Assembly: GCF_030384885.1 (NCBI RefSeq)
Contig: NZ_CP128613.1
Strand: one strand, 5' to 3'
Length of the DNA: 64,000 nucleotides
Source of the DNA: Escherichia coli
GTDB taxonomy: Bacteria; Pseudomonadota; Gammaproteobacteria; Enterobacterales; Enterobacteriaceae
Both the position numbers and the translations under genes were made by a program. Numbering within the stretch: position 1 is the first letter of the stretch; each line of letters begins with the position of its first letter. This document shows, piece after piece, positions 32,140 through 42,086 of this stretch. The notes below the pieces were generated by a model. It saw only the letters and a list, made by a program, of their open reading frames with translations, did not search any database and had not been told where the DNA came from.

Positions 32140-32981
32140 TTGAGAACCGTCCGTGGCTGACAATATTCAGCCATACCATGCTGATCCTCGGGATCGCGGT
32201 GATCCTCTTCCCGCTGTACGTGGCGTTTGTCGCGGCGACGCTGGATAAACAGGCCGTCTACGCCGCGCCGATGACGCTCATCCCCGGCACGCATCTGTTG
32301 GAAAACATCCACAACATCTGGGTGAACGGGGTAGGCACAAATAGCGCGCCGTTCTGGCGGATGTTGCTTAACAGCTTCGTGATGGCGTTCAGCATTACGC
32401 TCGGCAAGATTACCGTCTCGATGCTCTCGGCATTTGCCATTGTCTGGTTTCGTTTTCCGCTGCGTAACCTCTTCTTTTGGATGATTTTTATCACCCTGAT
32501 GCTGCCAGTTGAAGTGCGTATCTTCCCGACAGTAGAAGTCATCGCCAACCTGAACATGCTCGACAGCTACGCTGGTTTAACGCTGCCGCTGATGGCCTCG
32601 GCAACTGCTACCTTCCTGTTCCGCCAGTTCTTTATGACGCTGCCGGATGAGCTGGTGGAAGCCGCGCGGATCGACGGCGCGTCACCAATGCGTTTCTTTT
32701 GCGACATCGTTTTCCCGCTGTCGAAAACCAATCTGGCGGCGCTGTTTGTGATCACTTTTATTTACGGCTGGAACCAGTATTTGTGGCCGTTGTTGATTAT
32801 TACCGACGTTGATCTCGGCACCACTGTGGCAGGGATCAAAGGGATGATCGCTACAGGCGAAGGCACCACGGAATGGAATTCGGTGATGGCGGCGATGTTG
32901 TTAACGCTTATCCCTCCGGTGGTGATTGTTTTAGTGATGCAGCGTGCCTTCGTGCGCGGCCTGGTCGATAGTGAGAAATAA
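32136..32981 (+). CDS. ugpE: sn-glycerol-3-phosphate ABC transporter permease UgpE
   Basis: 281 aa; ATGA overlap with ugpA. Confidence 0.96.
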   Translation: MIENRPWLTIFSHTMLILGIAVILFPLYVAFVAATLDKQAVYAAPMTLIPGTHLLENIHNIWVNGVGTNSAPFWRMLLNSFVMAFSITLGKITVSMLSAFAIVWFRFPLRNLFFWMIFITLMLPVEVRIFPTVEVIANLNMLDSYAGLTLPLMASATATFLFRQFFMTLPDELVEAARIDGASPMRFFCDIVFPLSKTNLAALFVITFIYGWNQYLWPLLIITDVDLGTTVAGIKGMIATGEGTTEWNSVMAAMLLTLIPPVVIVLVMQRAFVRGLVDSEK

Positions 32982-32982
32982 G

Positions 32983-34053
32983 ATGGCAGGACTGAAATTA
33001 CAGGCAGTAACCAAAAGCTGGGATGGCAAAACCCAGGTCATTAAACCGCTGACCCTTGATGTGGCGGATGGCGAATTTATCGTGATGGTCGGGCCGTCTG
33101 GCTGCGGGAAATCCACGTTGCTGCGCATGGTTGCCGGGCTGGAGCGGGTCACCGAAGGCGATATCTGGATTAACGACCAACGCGTGACCGAAATGGAGCC
33201 GAAAGATCGCGGGATTGCGATGGTGTTCCAGAACTACGCTCTTTATCCGCATATGAGTGTCGAAGAAAACATGGCGTGGGGGCTGAAAATTCGCGGCATG
33301 GGCAAGCAACAAATTGCCGAACGTGTTAAAGAAGCGGCGCGCATTCTGGAGCTGGATGGCCTGCTCAAGCGCCGTCCGCGTGAGCTTTCTGGCGGTCAGC
33401 GTCAGCGTGTGGCGATGGGCCGTGCGATTGTGCGCGATCCGGCGGTGTTCCTGTTTGATGAGCCGCTCTCTAACCTCGATGCCAAGCTGCGTGTTCAGAT
33501 GCGCCTTGAGCTGCAACAACTGCACCGTCGCCTGAAAACGACTTCACTCTACGTTACTCACGATCAGGTTGAGGCGATGACGCTCGCTCAGCGGGTAATG
33601 GTGATGAACGGCGGCGTTGCCGAACAGATTGGCACGCCAGTTGAAGTCTACGAAAAGCCCGCCACTCTGTTTGTGGCGAGTTTTATCGGCAGTCCGGCGA
33701 TGAACCTGCTGACAGGCCGCGTGAATAACGAAGGCACGCATTTCGAACTGGATGGCGGTATCGCGCTACCGCTAAACGGTGGCTACCGTCAGTATGCCGG
33801 GCGTAAAATGACTCTTGGCATTCGCCCGGAACATATTGCGTTAAGCTCGCAGGCAGAAGGCGGCATACCGCTGGTGATGGACACGCTGGAGATCCTCGGC
33901 GCAGATAACCTGGCGCACGGACGCTGGGGCGAACAGAAGCTGGTGGTGCGACTGGCGCATCAGGAGCGCCCGACGACAGGCAGCACGCTGTGGCTGCATC
34001 TGCCGGAAAATCAGCTGCATCTTTTTGATGGTGAAACAGGACAACGAGTATGA
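32983..34053 (+). CDS. ugpC: sn-glycerol-3-phosphate ABC transporter ATPase UgpC
   Basis: Recognised from [15 protein letters not shown] (356 aa); the track ORF begins 13 codons upstream. Confidence 0.95.
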   Translation: MAGLKLQAVTKSWDGKTQVIKPLTLDVADGEFIVMVGPSGCGKSTLLRMVAGLERVTEGDIWINDQRVTEMEPKDRGIAMVFQNYALYPHMSVEENMAWGLKIRGMGKQQIAERVKEAARILELDGLLKRRPRELSGGQRQRVAMGRAIVRDPAVFLFDEPLSNLDAKLRVQMRLELQQLHRRLKTTSLYVTHDQVEAMTLAQRVMVMNGGVAEQIGTPVEVYEKPATLFVASFIGSPAMNLLTGRVNNEGTHFELDGGIALPLNGGYRQYAGRKMTLGIRPEHIALSSQAEGGIPLVMDTLEILGADNLAHGRWGEQKLVVRLAHQERPTTGSTLWLHLPENQLHLFDGETGQRV

Positions 34054-34793
34054 GTAACTGGCCTTATCCCCGCATCGTCGCCCACCGTGGCGGCGGTAAA
34101 CTGGCCCCGGAAAACACCCTGGCGGCAATCGACGTTGGGGCAAAATACGGTCATAAGATGATCGAATTTGACGCGAAGTTATCGAAAGATGGCGAGATCT
34201 TCCTGCTGCATGACGACAATCTCGAGCGTACCAGCAATGGTTGGGGCGTCGCGGGCGAACTGAACTGGCAGGATTTACTGCGCGTGGATGCGGGCAGTTG
34301 GTACAGCAAAGCGTTTAAAGGTGAGCCGCTGCCGTTGCTTTCGCAGGTGGCGGAACGCTGCCGTGAACATGGGATGATGGCAAATATTGAAATCAAACCC
34401 ACCACTGGCACTGGTCCATTAACGGGCAAAATGGTATCGCTGGCGGCGCGCGAACTGTGGGCTGGTATGACGCCGCCGCTGCTGTCATCGTTTGAGATTG
34501 ATGCTTTAGACGCCGCACACCAGGCTGCACCGGAACTGCCGCGCGGTTTGTTGCTGGATGAGTGGCGCGACGACTGGCGCGAACTGACCACGCGGCTGGA
34601 CTGCGTCTCTATTCATCTCAATCATAAGTTGCTCGATAAAGCGCGAGTGATGCAGTTGAAAGACGCTGGATTACGGATTCTGGTTTATACCGTCAACAAA
34701 CCCCAGCGCGCGGCAGAGTTGCTGCGCTGGGGCGTGGATTGCATCTGTACCGATGCGATTGATGTGATTGGCCCGAACTTTACGGCCCAATAG
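34050..34793 (+). CDS. ugpQ: glycerophosphodiester phosphodiesterase UgpQ
   Basis: 247 aa, recognised ([16 protein letters not shown]...). Confidence 0.96.
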   Translation: MSNWPYPRIVAHRGGGKLAPENTLAAIDVGAKYGHKMIEFDAKLSKDGEIFLLHDDNLERTSNGWGVAGELNWQDLLRVDAGSWYSKAFKGEPLPLLSQVAERCREHGMMANIEIKPTTGTGPLTGKMVSLAARELWAGMTPPLLSSFEIDALDAAHQAAPELPRGLLLDEWRDDWRELTTRLDCVSIHLNHKLLDKARVMQLKDAGLRILVYTVNKPQRAAELLRWGVDCICTDAIDVIGPNFTAQ

Positions 34794-35220
34794 TTTTCAA
34801 CGGAATATCAGGCTGCGGCGTGCTGGGCTGATTCAGCATGTCGCCGTTTCTTCTCTCTGGCAACATATGCTGCTGATTCAACGAACTATCCGGATTACGG
34901 TTGCTGTTTAACATTCCGCCGTTGGTGTTGGGCAGCATTTGCTGCCGGGCGGGATTTAGCTCCCCCGGCTGTGACTGCAATACCCGCTGAGAGTTGCTAT
35001 TAAGCTGATTTTCTAAATGCTGCTGTTGCAACTGCGTTTGCGTTTTCAGTTGCTGATTCAGCATCCCTTTTTGCTGGATTTGCTGCGTTTGCATTTGAGT
35101 TTGCATTCGCTGCTGGCTGGGGATCTGATACCCCGGCTGGTTAGGGTTGTTCAGAGTATTAATGGGCTGTGCAAAGCCGACAAAAGGCAGGAGTGCCGTC
35201 AAAAGCAGAAGTCGTTTCAT
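34780..35220 (-). CDS. yhhA: Gln-rich secreted protein YhhA (DUF2756)
   Basis: 146 aa, signal peptide, Q/N-rich low-complexity; 3' end overlaps ugpQ convergently. Confidence 0.88.
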   Translation of the reverse strand: MKRLLLLTALLPFVGFAQPINTLNNPNQPGYQIPSQQRMQTQMQTQQIQQKGMLNQQLKTQTQLQQQHLENQLNSNSQRVLQSQPGELNPARQQMLPNTNGGMLNSNRNPDSSLNQQHMLPERRNGDMLNQPSTPQPDIPLKTIGP

Positions 35221-35342
35221 CGCGTATCCTCCTCTGAAGATATTCTTTAAGTTTACTCCTTTCCTGCAATCATCAGGATTAATTCAGAGTTATATACCAG
35301 GCTTAGCTGGGGTTGCCCCTTAATCTCTGGAGTATAACGATG

Positions 35343-37085
35343 ATAAAACCGACGTTTTTACGCCGGGTGGCTATTGCTGCTCTGCTCACAGGAAGTTGTT
35401 TTAGTGCTGTCGCCGCGCCACCTGCGCCGCCGCCAGTCTCGTATGGCGTGGAGGAGGATGTCTTCCATCCGGTACGCGCGAAGCAGGGGATGGTAGCATC
35501 TGTGGACGCCACTGCCACTCAGGTGGGGGTAGATATCCTTAAGCAGGGCGGGAATGCCGTTGATGCTGCCGTGGCAGTGGGCTACGCGCTGGCGGTAACG
35601 CATCCGCAGGCAGGGAATCTGGGCGGCGGCGGTTTTATGCTGATCCGCACTAAAGATGGCAATACCACCGCCATCGATTTCCGCGAAATGGCACCCGCCA
35701 AAGCGACCCGCGATATGTTCCTTGATGATCAGGGCAACCCGGACAGCAAAAAATCTCTCACTTCGCATCTTGCTTCTGGCACACCCGGTACGGTAGCGGG
35801 CTTCTCGTTGGCGCTGGAGAAATACGGCACCATGCCGCTGAACAAAGTTGTGCAGCCTGCGTTTAAACTGGCACGCGATGGTTTTATCGTTAACGATGCG
35901 CTGGCAGACGATCTCAAAACCTACGGCAGTGAAGTGCTACCAAATCACGAAAACAGCAAAGCTATCTTCTGGAAAGAGGGCGAACCGCTGAAAAAGGGCG
36001 ACAAGCTGGTACAGACGAATCTGGCAAAGAGCCTGGAGATGATTGCCGAAAACGGCCCGGATGAATTCTACAAAGGCACGATAGCGGAACAAATCGCCCT
36101 GGAGATGCAGAAAAACGGTGGCTTGATCACTAAAGAAGATTTAGCGGCGTATAAAGCGGTCGAACGTACACCAATAAGTGGCGATTATCGCGGGTATCAG
36201 GTTTACTCCATGCCACCGCCATCTTCCGGCGGGATTCATATCGTGCAGATCCTCAATATTCTGGAAAACTTCGATATGCAGAAATACGGCTTTGGCAGCG
36301 CCGATGCGATGCAAATCATGGCAGAAGCGGAGAAATACGCCTACGCCGACCGCTCGGAATATCTTGGCGACCCGGATTTTGTCAAAGTACCGTGGCAGGC
36401 GCTGACCAATAAAGCCTATGCCAAATCTATTGCCGATCAAATCGATATCAATAAAGCGAAGCCATCCAGCGAAATTCGTCCTGGCAAGCTTGCGCCTTAT
36501 GAGAGTAATCAAACTACCCATTACTCAGTGGTGGATAAAGACGGTAACGCCGTGGCGGTGACCTATACGCTGAACACCACCTTCGGTACGGGCATTGTCG
36601 CGGGCGAGAGCGGTATTTTGCTTAATAATCAGATGGATGATTTCTCCGCCAAACCAGGCGTACCGAACGTTTACGGGCTGGTGGGCGGCGATGCTAACGC
36701 TGTCGGGCCGAATAAACGTCCGCTGTCATCGATGTCACCAACCATTGTGGTGAAAGACGGAAAAACCTGGCTGGTGACCGGTAGCCCTGGCGGAAGCCGA
36801 ATTATCACCACTGTGCTGCAAATGGTGGTGAACAGCATCGATTATGGCATGAATGTCGCCGAAGCGACCAATGCGCCGCGTTTCCACCATCAGTGGTTGC
36901 CGGACGAGCTGCGTGTCGAGAAAGGATTTAGTCCGGATACGCTCAAGCTGCTGGAAGCAAAAGGTCAGAAAGTGGCGCTGAAAGAGGCGATGGGCAGTAC
37001 ACAAAGCATTATGGTTGGGCCTGACGGTGAGTTGTACGGTGCATCCGACCCGCGCTCGGTGGATGATTTAACGGCGGGGTACTAA
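35343..37085 (+). CDS. ggt: gamma-glutamyltranspeptidase
   Basis: Recognised from MIKPTFLRRVAIAALL (580 aa); catalytic Thr in the ...NQTTHYSVVDKDGNAV context. Confidence 0.97.
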   Translation: MKPTFLRRVAIAALLTGSCFSAVAAPPAPPPVSYGVEEDVFHPVRAKQGMVASVDATATQVGVDILKQGGNAVDAAVAVGYALAVTHPQAGNLGGGGFMLIRTKDGNTTAIDFREMAPAKATRDMFLDDQGNPDSKKSLTSHLASGTPGTVAGFSLALEKYGTMPLNKVVQPAFKLARDGFIVNDALADDLKTYGSEVLPNHENSKAIFWKEGEPLKKGDKLVQTNLAKSLEMIAENGPDEFYKGTIAEQIALEMQKNGGLITKEDLAAYKAVERTPISGDYRGYQVYSMPPPSSGGIHIVQILNILENFDMQKYGFGSADAMQIMAEAEKYAYADRSEYLGDPDFVKVPWQALTNKAYAKSIADQIDINKAKPSSEIRPGKLAPYESNQTTHYSVVDKDGNAVAVTYTLNTTFGTGIVAGESGILLNNQMDDFSAKPGVPNVYGLVGGDANAVGPNKRPLSSMSPTIVVKDGKTWLVTGSPGGSRIITTVLQMVVNSIDYGMNVAEATNAPRFHHQWLPDELRVEKGFSPDTLKLLEAKGQKVALKEAMGSTQSIMVGPDGELYGASDPRSVDDLTAGY

Positions 37086-37122
37086 GGTTAGCGGCCCTCT
37101 TCGTGGGAAGAGGGCCGTATTG

Positions 37123-37407
37123 TCAGGGCAAGCCGAAGGTAGCTTTTTTTATTTCATAATCCTGTAGATATTCTTCCAGCGGCTTTGCCGTTCCCAGCGA
37201 ATGAATTTCACCACTGTCTTTATCAATAATAAAAGGTGCGTTACCAGCTAAGCGCGCGGCCTCATCACCAGTTTCGAGAAATTCTCGTGCTTCGAAACAG
37301 AAATACCAGCCCTGGCTAAAGCGTCCATGTAGAGTAATGACGACGGCGAGATCTGCATCATCAAGGTAATGGTTCGCTTTCGCGAATGCTTCCTGATAAT
37401 TAATCAT
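37123..37407 (-). CDS. yrhB: heat-stable chaperone-like protein YrhB
   Basis: 94 aa, recognised (MINYQEAFAKANHYLDDADLAVVITLHG...). Confidence 0.85.
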   Translation of the reverse strand: MINYQEAFAKANHYLDDADLAVVITLHGRFSQGWYFCFEAREFLETGDEAARLAGNAPFIIDKDSGEIHSLGTAKPLEEYLQDYEIKKATFGLP

Positions 37408-37518
37408 AATGATTCTGGATTTTCCGATGGGGCAGTTAGGTCATGCTTTTTTTCAAGCGCAACATATCCAACAAAGCCTTAATAAAATATTGTAATTTAC
37501 AATAAGTGTTAATGATGT

Positions 37519-38007
37519 TCATTTCACACGCGCCATATAATACGCATCGACATATTCACCGTTTCGTAATGCGTACTTCTTGCCAGTCCCTTCAATCTCA
37601 AAGCCGAATTTTTTATAGACCTTAATTGCTGGCGCGTTATCAACGAACACCGTTAGTTCAATACGATCTACCCGCAACCAGTTGTCGCACATTGCAATCA
37701 TCTCTCGCATCAGGGCGCTGGCGACGCCGCGGTTCTTCCAGCGGGAGTCGACACAGATACCAAAGTCGGCAACATGACTGCGGCGTGGGCGTTGTTGCAC
37801 GTCAATAGTGAGATGACCCACAACGTCTCCATCAATACAGGCGACGAGTTGCTTGATGCCGGGACGATCGGCGAGTCGCTCCTGCCACATATGATCGGAA
37901 GGATGAGGCACCTGTAGTGTGTTGCAATACACCTCCGGCTGGGCGTGAATCTGCCTGATGGCCTCGTAATCCCGTGTTTCTGCATGGCGTATTACTATCT
38001 CACTCAT
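37519..38007 (-). CDS. yhhY: GNAT-family N-acetyltransferase YhhY
   Basis: Recognised from MSEIVIRHAETRDYEAIRQIHAQ (162 aa). Confidence 0.92.
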   Translation of the reverse strand: MSEIVIRHAETRDYEAIRQIHAQPEVYCNTLQVPHPSDHMWQERLADRPGIKQLVACIDGDVVGHLTIDVQQRPRRSHVADFGICVDSRWKNRGVASALMREMIAMCDNWLRVDRIELTVFVDNAPAIKVYKKFGFEIEGTGKKYALRNGEYVDAYYMARVK

Positions 38008-38099
38008 TCCTTTGTCCTCTTTGGGGTAAATGTCCCTTTCAACATCATTGACTTTCAAATGCGAGTCAAATGCATTTTTTTGCAAAAAGTGTTGGACAA

Positions 38100-38127
38100 G
38101 TGCGAATGAGAATGATTATTATTGTCT
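38100..38127 (+). promoter_or_regulatory. Fur box / ryhB promoter
   Basis: gaatgagaatgattattattg matches the Fur consensus GATAATGATAATCATTATC and sits immediately upstream of the RyhB start. Confidence 0.75.
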
Positions 38128-38128
38128 C

Positions 38129-38219
38129 GCGATCAGGAAGACCCTCGCGGAGAACCTGAAAGCACGACATTGCTCACATTGCTTCCAGTATTACTTAGCC
38201 AGCCGGGTGCTGGCTTTTT
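38129..38219 (+). ncRNA. ryhB: RyhB small RNA (Fur-repressed, iron-sparing)
   Basis: Sequence gcgatcaggaagaccctcgcggagaacctgaaagcacgacattgctcacattgcttccagtattacttagccagccgggtgctggcttttttt recognised as E. coli RyhB with its terminal hairpin and U-tract; lies between yhhY and yhhX as expected. Confidence 0.92.
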
Positions 38220-38341
38220 TTTTGACCTTTCGTTCTCAATTTATCCACGGGAAGTGCTTGTGTTTGTTATGCGCACTCCTGTAGGAACCGCGTCCGCTTT
38301 GCGCTAAGGTGGTAGATAACCACCTTAAAAAGGACGAAATC

Positions 38342-39379
38342 ATGGTCATCAACTGCGCCTTTATTGGCTTCGGCAAAAGCACCACCCGTTACCATCTGCC
38401 GTATGTACTTAACCGCAAGGATAGCTGGCATGTCGCGCATATTTTTCGCCGCCATGCGAAGCCGGAAGAACAGGCTCCCATTTATTCCCATATTCATTTC
38501 ACCAGCGATCTCGACGAAGTGCTAAACGATCCCGACGTTAAGTTGATTGTCGTCTGCACTCATGCGGACAGCCACTTCGAGTACGCGAAACGCGCGCTGG
38601 AAGCCGGGAAAAATGTGCTGGTCGAAAAACCGTTCACCCCGACACTTGCGCAGGCGAAAGAGCTGTTTGCGCTGGCGAAAAGCAAAGGGCTGACCGTTAC
38701 GCCGTATCAGAATCGTCGCTTTGACTCCTGTTTTCTGATGGCGAAAAAAGCGATTGAAAGCGGCAAGCTGGGAGAGATTGTCGAAGTGGAAAGCCATTTT
38801 GACTATTACCGCCCGGTGGCAGAAACCAAACCTGGACTGCCGCAGGATGGCGCGTTCTATGGCCTTGGTGTGCATACCCTCGACCAGATAATCTCGCTGT
38901 TCGGTCGCCCGGATCACGTCGCTTATGACATCCGCAGCCTGCGTAATAAAGCCAATCCTGACGACACCTTCGAAGCGCAGCTGTTTTATGGCGATCTAAA
39001 AGCCATCGTCAAAACCAGCCATCTGGTGAAAATCGATTATCCGAAATTTATCGTTCACGGGAAGAAAGGTTCGTTTATTAAATATGGTATCGACCAGCAG
39101 GAAACCAGCCTGAAGGCTAATATTATGCCGGGCGAGCCGGGATTCGCAGCGGATGATTCGGTCGGTGTGCTGGAGTATGTCAATGACGAGGGCGTTACGG
39201 TCAGAGAAGAGATGAAGCCGGAGATGGGCGATTACGGACGCGTTTATGATGCGTTGTACCAAACCATCACCAACGGTGCACCAAATTACGTCAAGGAATC
39301 TGAAGTTCTTACCAATCTGGAAATCCTTGAACGCGGTTTTGAGCAAGCCTCTCCCTCCACAGTGACTCTTGCGAAGTAA
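38342..39379 (+). CDS. yhhX: Gfo/Idh/MocA-family NAD(P)-dependent oxidoreductase YhhX
   Basis: Recognised from MVINCAFIGFGKSTTRYHLPYV (345 aa); good Shine-Dalgarno (aaggacg); the track ORF starts at an upstream GTG. Confidence 0.93.
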   Translation: MVINCAFIGFGKSTTRYHLPYVLNRKDSWHVAHIFRRHAKPEEQAPIYSHIHFTSDLDEVLNDPDVKLIVVCTHADSHFEYAKRALEAGKNVLVEKPFTPTLAQAKELFALAKSKGLTVTPYQNRRFDSCFLMAKKAIESGKLGEIVEVESHFDYYRPVAETKPGLPQDGAFYGLGVHTLDQIISLFGRPDHVAYDIRSLRNKANPDDTFEAQLFYGDLKAIVKTSHLVKIDYPKFIVHGKKGSFIKYGIDQQETSLKANIMPGEPGFAADDSVGVLEYVNDEGVTVREEMKPEMGDYGRVYDALYQTITNGAPNYVKESEVLTNLEILERGFEQASPSTVTLAK

Positions 39380-39501
39380 GTTTGATGACCTCTCGAATAG
39401 TTCAATTTTTTTGAACAGAGGGGTCAATTTTCACCCTCTATCATCCCAGGCGGATCGGGTCCACACTAAGCCCATCGAAATCATTCAGGGGGCGAATACA
39501 A

Positions 39502-40197
39502 ATGATCTACTTACGCAAAGCAAATGAACGTGGTCATGCAAATCATGGCTGGCTGGACTCCTGGCATACTTTCTCTTTTGCCAACTATTACGACCCGAAC
39601 TTTATGGGCTTTTCCGCGCTGCGCGTGATTAACGACGACGTGATTGAAGCAGGGCAGGGCTTCGGCACTCACCCGCATAAAGATATGGAAATTTTGACCT
39701 ACGTGCTGGAAGGTACTGTTGAGCACCAGGACAGCATGGGCAATAAAGAGCAGGTTCCGGCGGGCGAGTTCCAGATTATGAGTGCGGGTACGGGTATTCG
39801 TCACTCAGAGTACAACCCAAGCAGTACCGAGCGTCTGCATCTGTATCAGATCTGGATCATGCCAGAAGAAAACGGCATTACGCCACGTTATGAACAACGT
39901 CGCTTCGATGCCGTACAGGGTAAACAGCTGGTGCTTTCGCCTAATGCGCGAGATGGTTCGTTGAAAGTGCATCAGGATATGGAGCTGTACCGTTGGGCGC
40001 TGGTGAAAGATGAGCAGTCGGTGCATCAGATTGCCGCTGAACGCCGCGTCTGGATCCAGGTGGTGAAAGGCAATGTCACCATTAACGGCGTGAAAGCCTC
40101 GACCAGCGATGGTCTGGCAATCTGGGATGAGCAGGCAATCTCCATCCATGCGGATAGCGACAGCGAAGTGTTACTGTTCGATCTGCCGCCGGTTTAA
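39502..40197 (+). CDS. yhhW: pirin-like quercetin 2,3-dioxygenase YhhW
   Basis: 231 aa, cupin motifs, recognised. Confidence 0.94.
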   Translation: MIYLRKANERGHANHGWLDSWHTFSFANYYDPNFMGFSALRVINDDVIEAGQGFGTHPHKDMEILTYVLEGTVEHQDSMGNKEQVPAGEFQIMSAGTGIRHSEYNPSSTERLHLYQIWIMPEENGITPRYEQRRFDAVQGKQLVLSPNARDGSLKVHQDMELYRWALVKDEQSVHQIAAERRVWIQVVKGNVTINGVKASTSDGLAIWDEQAISIHADSDSEVLLFDLPPV

Positions 40198-40420
40198 AAC
40201 TTAACGGCATTTTTGAAGCCTGCCTTTTTGCGGGCTTCATCGCTCGCCCCGGTCGCGTGCTGATGTACGCGACCGGGGTTTCGTCGCGTCTTTAGTACAA
40301 TGCGATGCAATTGATTTAGTGTATATCTAATTATTGTAAACAAGCACTGTTTTCTCCGGGAAGGTTCTGATGCGTCCGTGTTAAACTAAGAGAATCTATC
40401 TCTTTTGTACCTTCAGGACG

Positions 40421-41416
40421 ATGAAAAAGAAAAGACCCGTACTTCAGGATGTGGCTGACCGTGTTGGCGTGACCAAAATGACGGTCAGCCGTTTTTTACG
40501 CAACCCGGAGCAGGTTTCCGTCGCTCTACGTGGCAAGATTGCCGCCGCTCTTGATGAACTGGGTTATATTCCCAATCGCGCGCCCGATATCCTCTCTAAT
40601 GCCACCAGCCGGGCGATTGGCGTCCTGTTACCTTCACTCACCAACCAGGTTTTCGCTGAAGTATTACGCGGTATCGAAAGCGTCACGGACGCACACGGTT
40701 ATCAGACGATGCTGGCGCACTACGGTTACAAACCGGAAATGGAGCAAGAACGCCTCGAATCAATGCTTTCCTGGAATATCGACGGACTTATTCTCACCGA
40801 ACGTACCCACACGCCCCGCACCTTAAAGATGATTGAAGTAGCGGGTATTCCGGTGGTGGAGCTGATGGACAGTAAGTCGCCGTGCCTCGATATCGCCGTC
40901 GGTTTTGATAACTTTGAAGCGGCACGCCAGATGACCACCGCCATTATTGCTCGCGGGCATCGTCACATTGCCTATCTCGGCGCACGCCTCGACGAACGTA
41001 CTATCATCAAACAGAAGGGATATGAGCAGGCGATGCTGGATGCAGGCCTGGTGCCGTATAGCGTGATGGTCGAGCAATCTTCTTCTTACTCTTCCGGTAT
41101 TGAACTGATTCGCCAGGCGCGGCGGGAATATCCGCAGTTGGATGGCGTATTTTGTACTAATGATGACCTGGCGGTCGGCGCGGCGTTTGAATGTCAGCGT
41201 CTGGGGCTGAAAGTTCCTGACGATATGGCGATTGCCGGTTTCCACGGTCATGACATTGGTCAGGTGATGGAGCCACGGCTGGCGAGCGTGCTGACGCCGC
41301 GTGAGCGGATGGGCAGCATTGGCGCTGAGCGCCTGCTGGCGCGTATTCGTGGCGAATCTGTGACACCGAAAATGTTAGATTTAGGTTTCACCTTGTCACC
41401 AGGCGGATCTATTTAA
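40421..41416 (+). CDS. gntR: gluconate utilisation repressor GntR (LacI family)
   Basis: 331 aa, N-terminal helix-turn-helix (LQDVADRVGVTKMTVSRFL), recognised. Confidence 0.96.
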   Translation: MKKKRPVLQDVADRVGVTKMTVSRFLRNPEQVSVALRGKIAAALDELGYIPNRAPDILSNATSRAIGVLLPSLTNQVFAEVLRGIESVTDAHGYQTMLAHYGYKPEMEQERLESMLSWNIDGLILTERTHTPRTLKMIEVAGIPVVELMDSKSPCLDIAVGFDNFEAARQMTTAIIARGHRHIAYLGARLDERTIIKQKGYEQAMLDAGLVPYSVMVEQSSSYSSGIELIRQARREYPQLDGVFCTNDDLAVGAAFECQRLGLKVPDDMAIAGFHGHDIGQVMEPRLASVLTPRERMGSIGAERLLARIRGESVTPKMLDLGFTLSPGGSI

Positions 41417-41495
41417 GCTCACAAATTTGAAGTAGCTCACACTTATACACTTAAGGCACGGATGGATATTGCTTCTGTTTTTGTCCGGCTGGACA

Positions 41496-41525
41496 ATGTT
41501 ACCGATAACAGTTACCCGTAACATT
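41496..41525 (+). promoter_or_regulatory. GntR operator(s) in the gntK promoter
   Basis: aatgttaccgataacagttacccgtaacatt contains two overlapping ATGTTAC-N-GTAACAT-like palindromic half-site arrangements, about 30 bp upstream of gntK. Confidence 0.75.
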
Positions 41526-41555
41526 TTCTGATTCTTGTATTGTGGGGGCACCACT

Positions 41556-42083
41556 TTGAGCACGACTAACCATGATCACCACATTTACGTCTTGATGGGC
41601 GTATCGGGCAGCGGCAAATCTGCAGTCGCCAGTGAAGTGGCGCATCAACTTCATGCCGCGTTTCTTGATGGCGATTTCCTCCATCCGCGCTGCAATATCG
41701 AAAAAATGGCGTCTGGCGAACCGCTGAATGACGACGATCGCAAACCGTGGTTACAGGCGCTTAACGACGCCGCGTTTGCCATGCAGCGCACCAATAAAGT
41801 GTCGCTGATCGTCTGTTCTGCACTGAAAAAGCACTATCGCGACCTGCTGCGTGAAGGTAATCCGAATCTCTCTTTCATCTACCTGAAAGGCGATTTTGAT
41901 GTAATTGAAAGCCGTCTGAAAGCGCGCAAAGGCCATTTCTTTAAAACCCAAATGCTGGTGACGCAGTTTGAAACGCTGCAGGAGCCGGGTGCGGACGAAA
42001 CCGATGTACTGGTGGTGGATATCGATCAACCGCTGGAAGGTGTTGTGGCAAGCACCATTGAGGTTATTAAAAAAGGCAAATAA
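41556..42083 (+). CDS. gntK: thermoresistant gluconokinase GntK
   Basis: Recognised (STTNHDHHIYVLMGVSGSGKSAV, P-loop); start assigned to the TTG giving a 175-aa product; the track's upstream ATG at 41535 is the alternative. Confidence 0.9.
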   Translation: MSTTNHDHHIYVLMGVSGSGKSAVASEVAHQLHAAFLDGDFLHPRCNIEKMASGEPLNDDDRKPWLQALNDAAFAMQRTNKVSLIVCSALKKHYRDLLREGNPNLSFIYLKGDFDVIESRLKARKGHFFKTQMLVTQFETLQEPGADETDVLVVDIDQPLEGVVASTIEVIKKGK

Positions 42084-42086
42084 GTA

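Noticed and set aside
38030-38307. 84-aa and 61-aa plus-strand ORFs in the yhhY-yhhX spacer
   Set aside because: They overlap the RyhB sRNA and its Fur box; the region is explained by the ncRNA.
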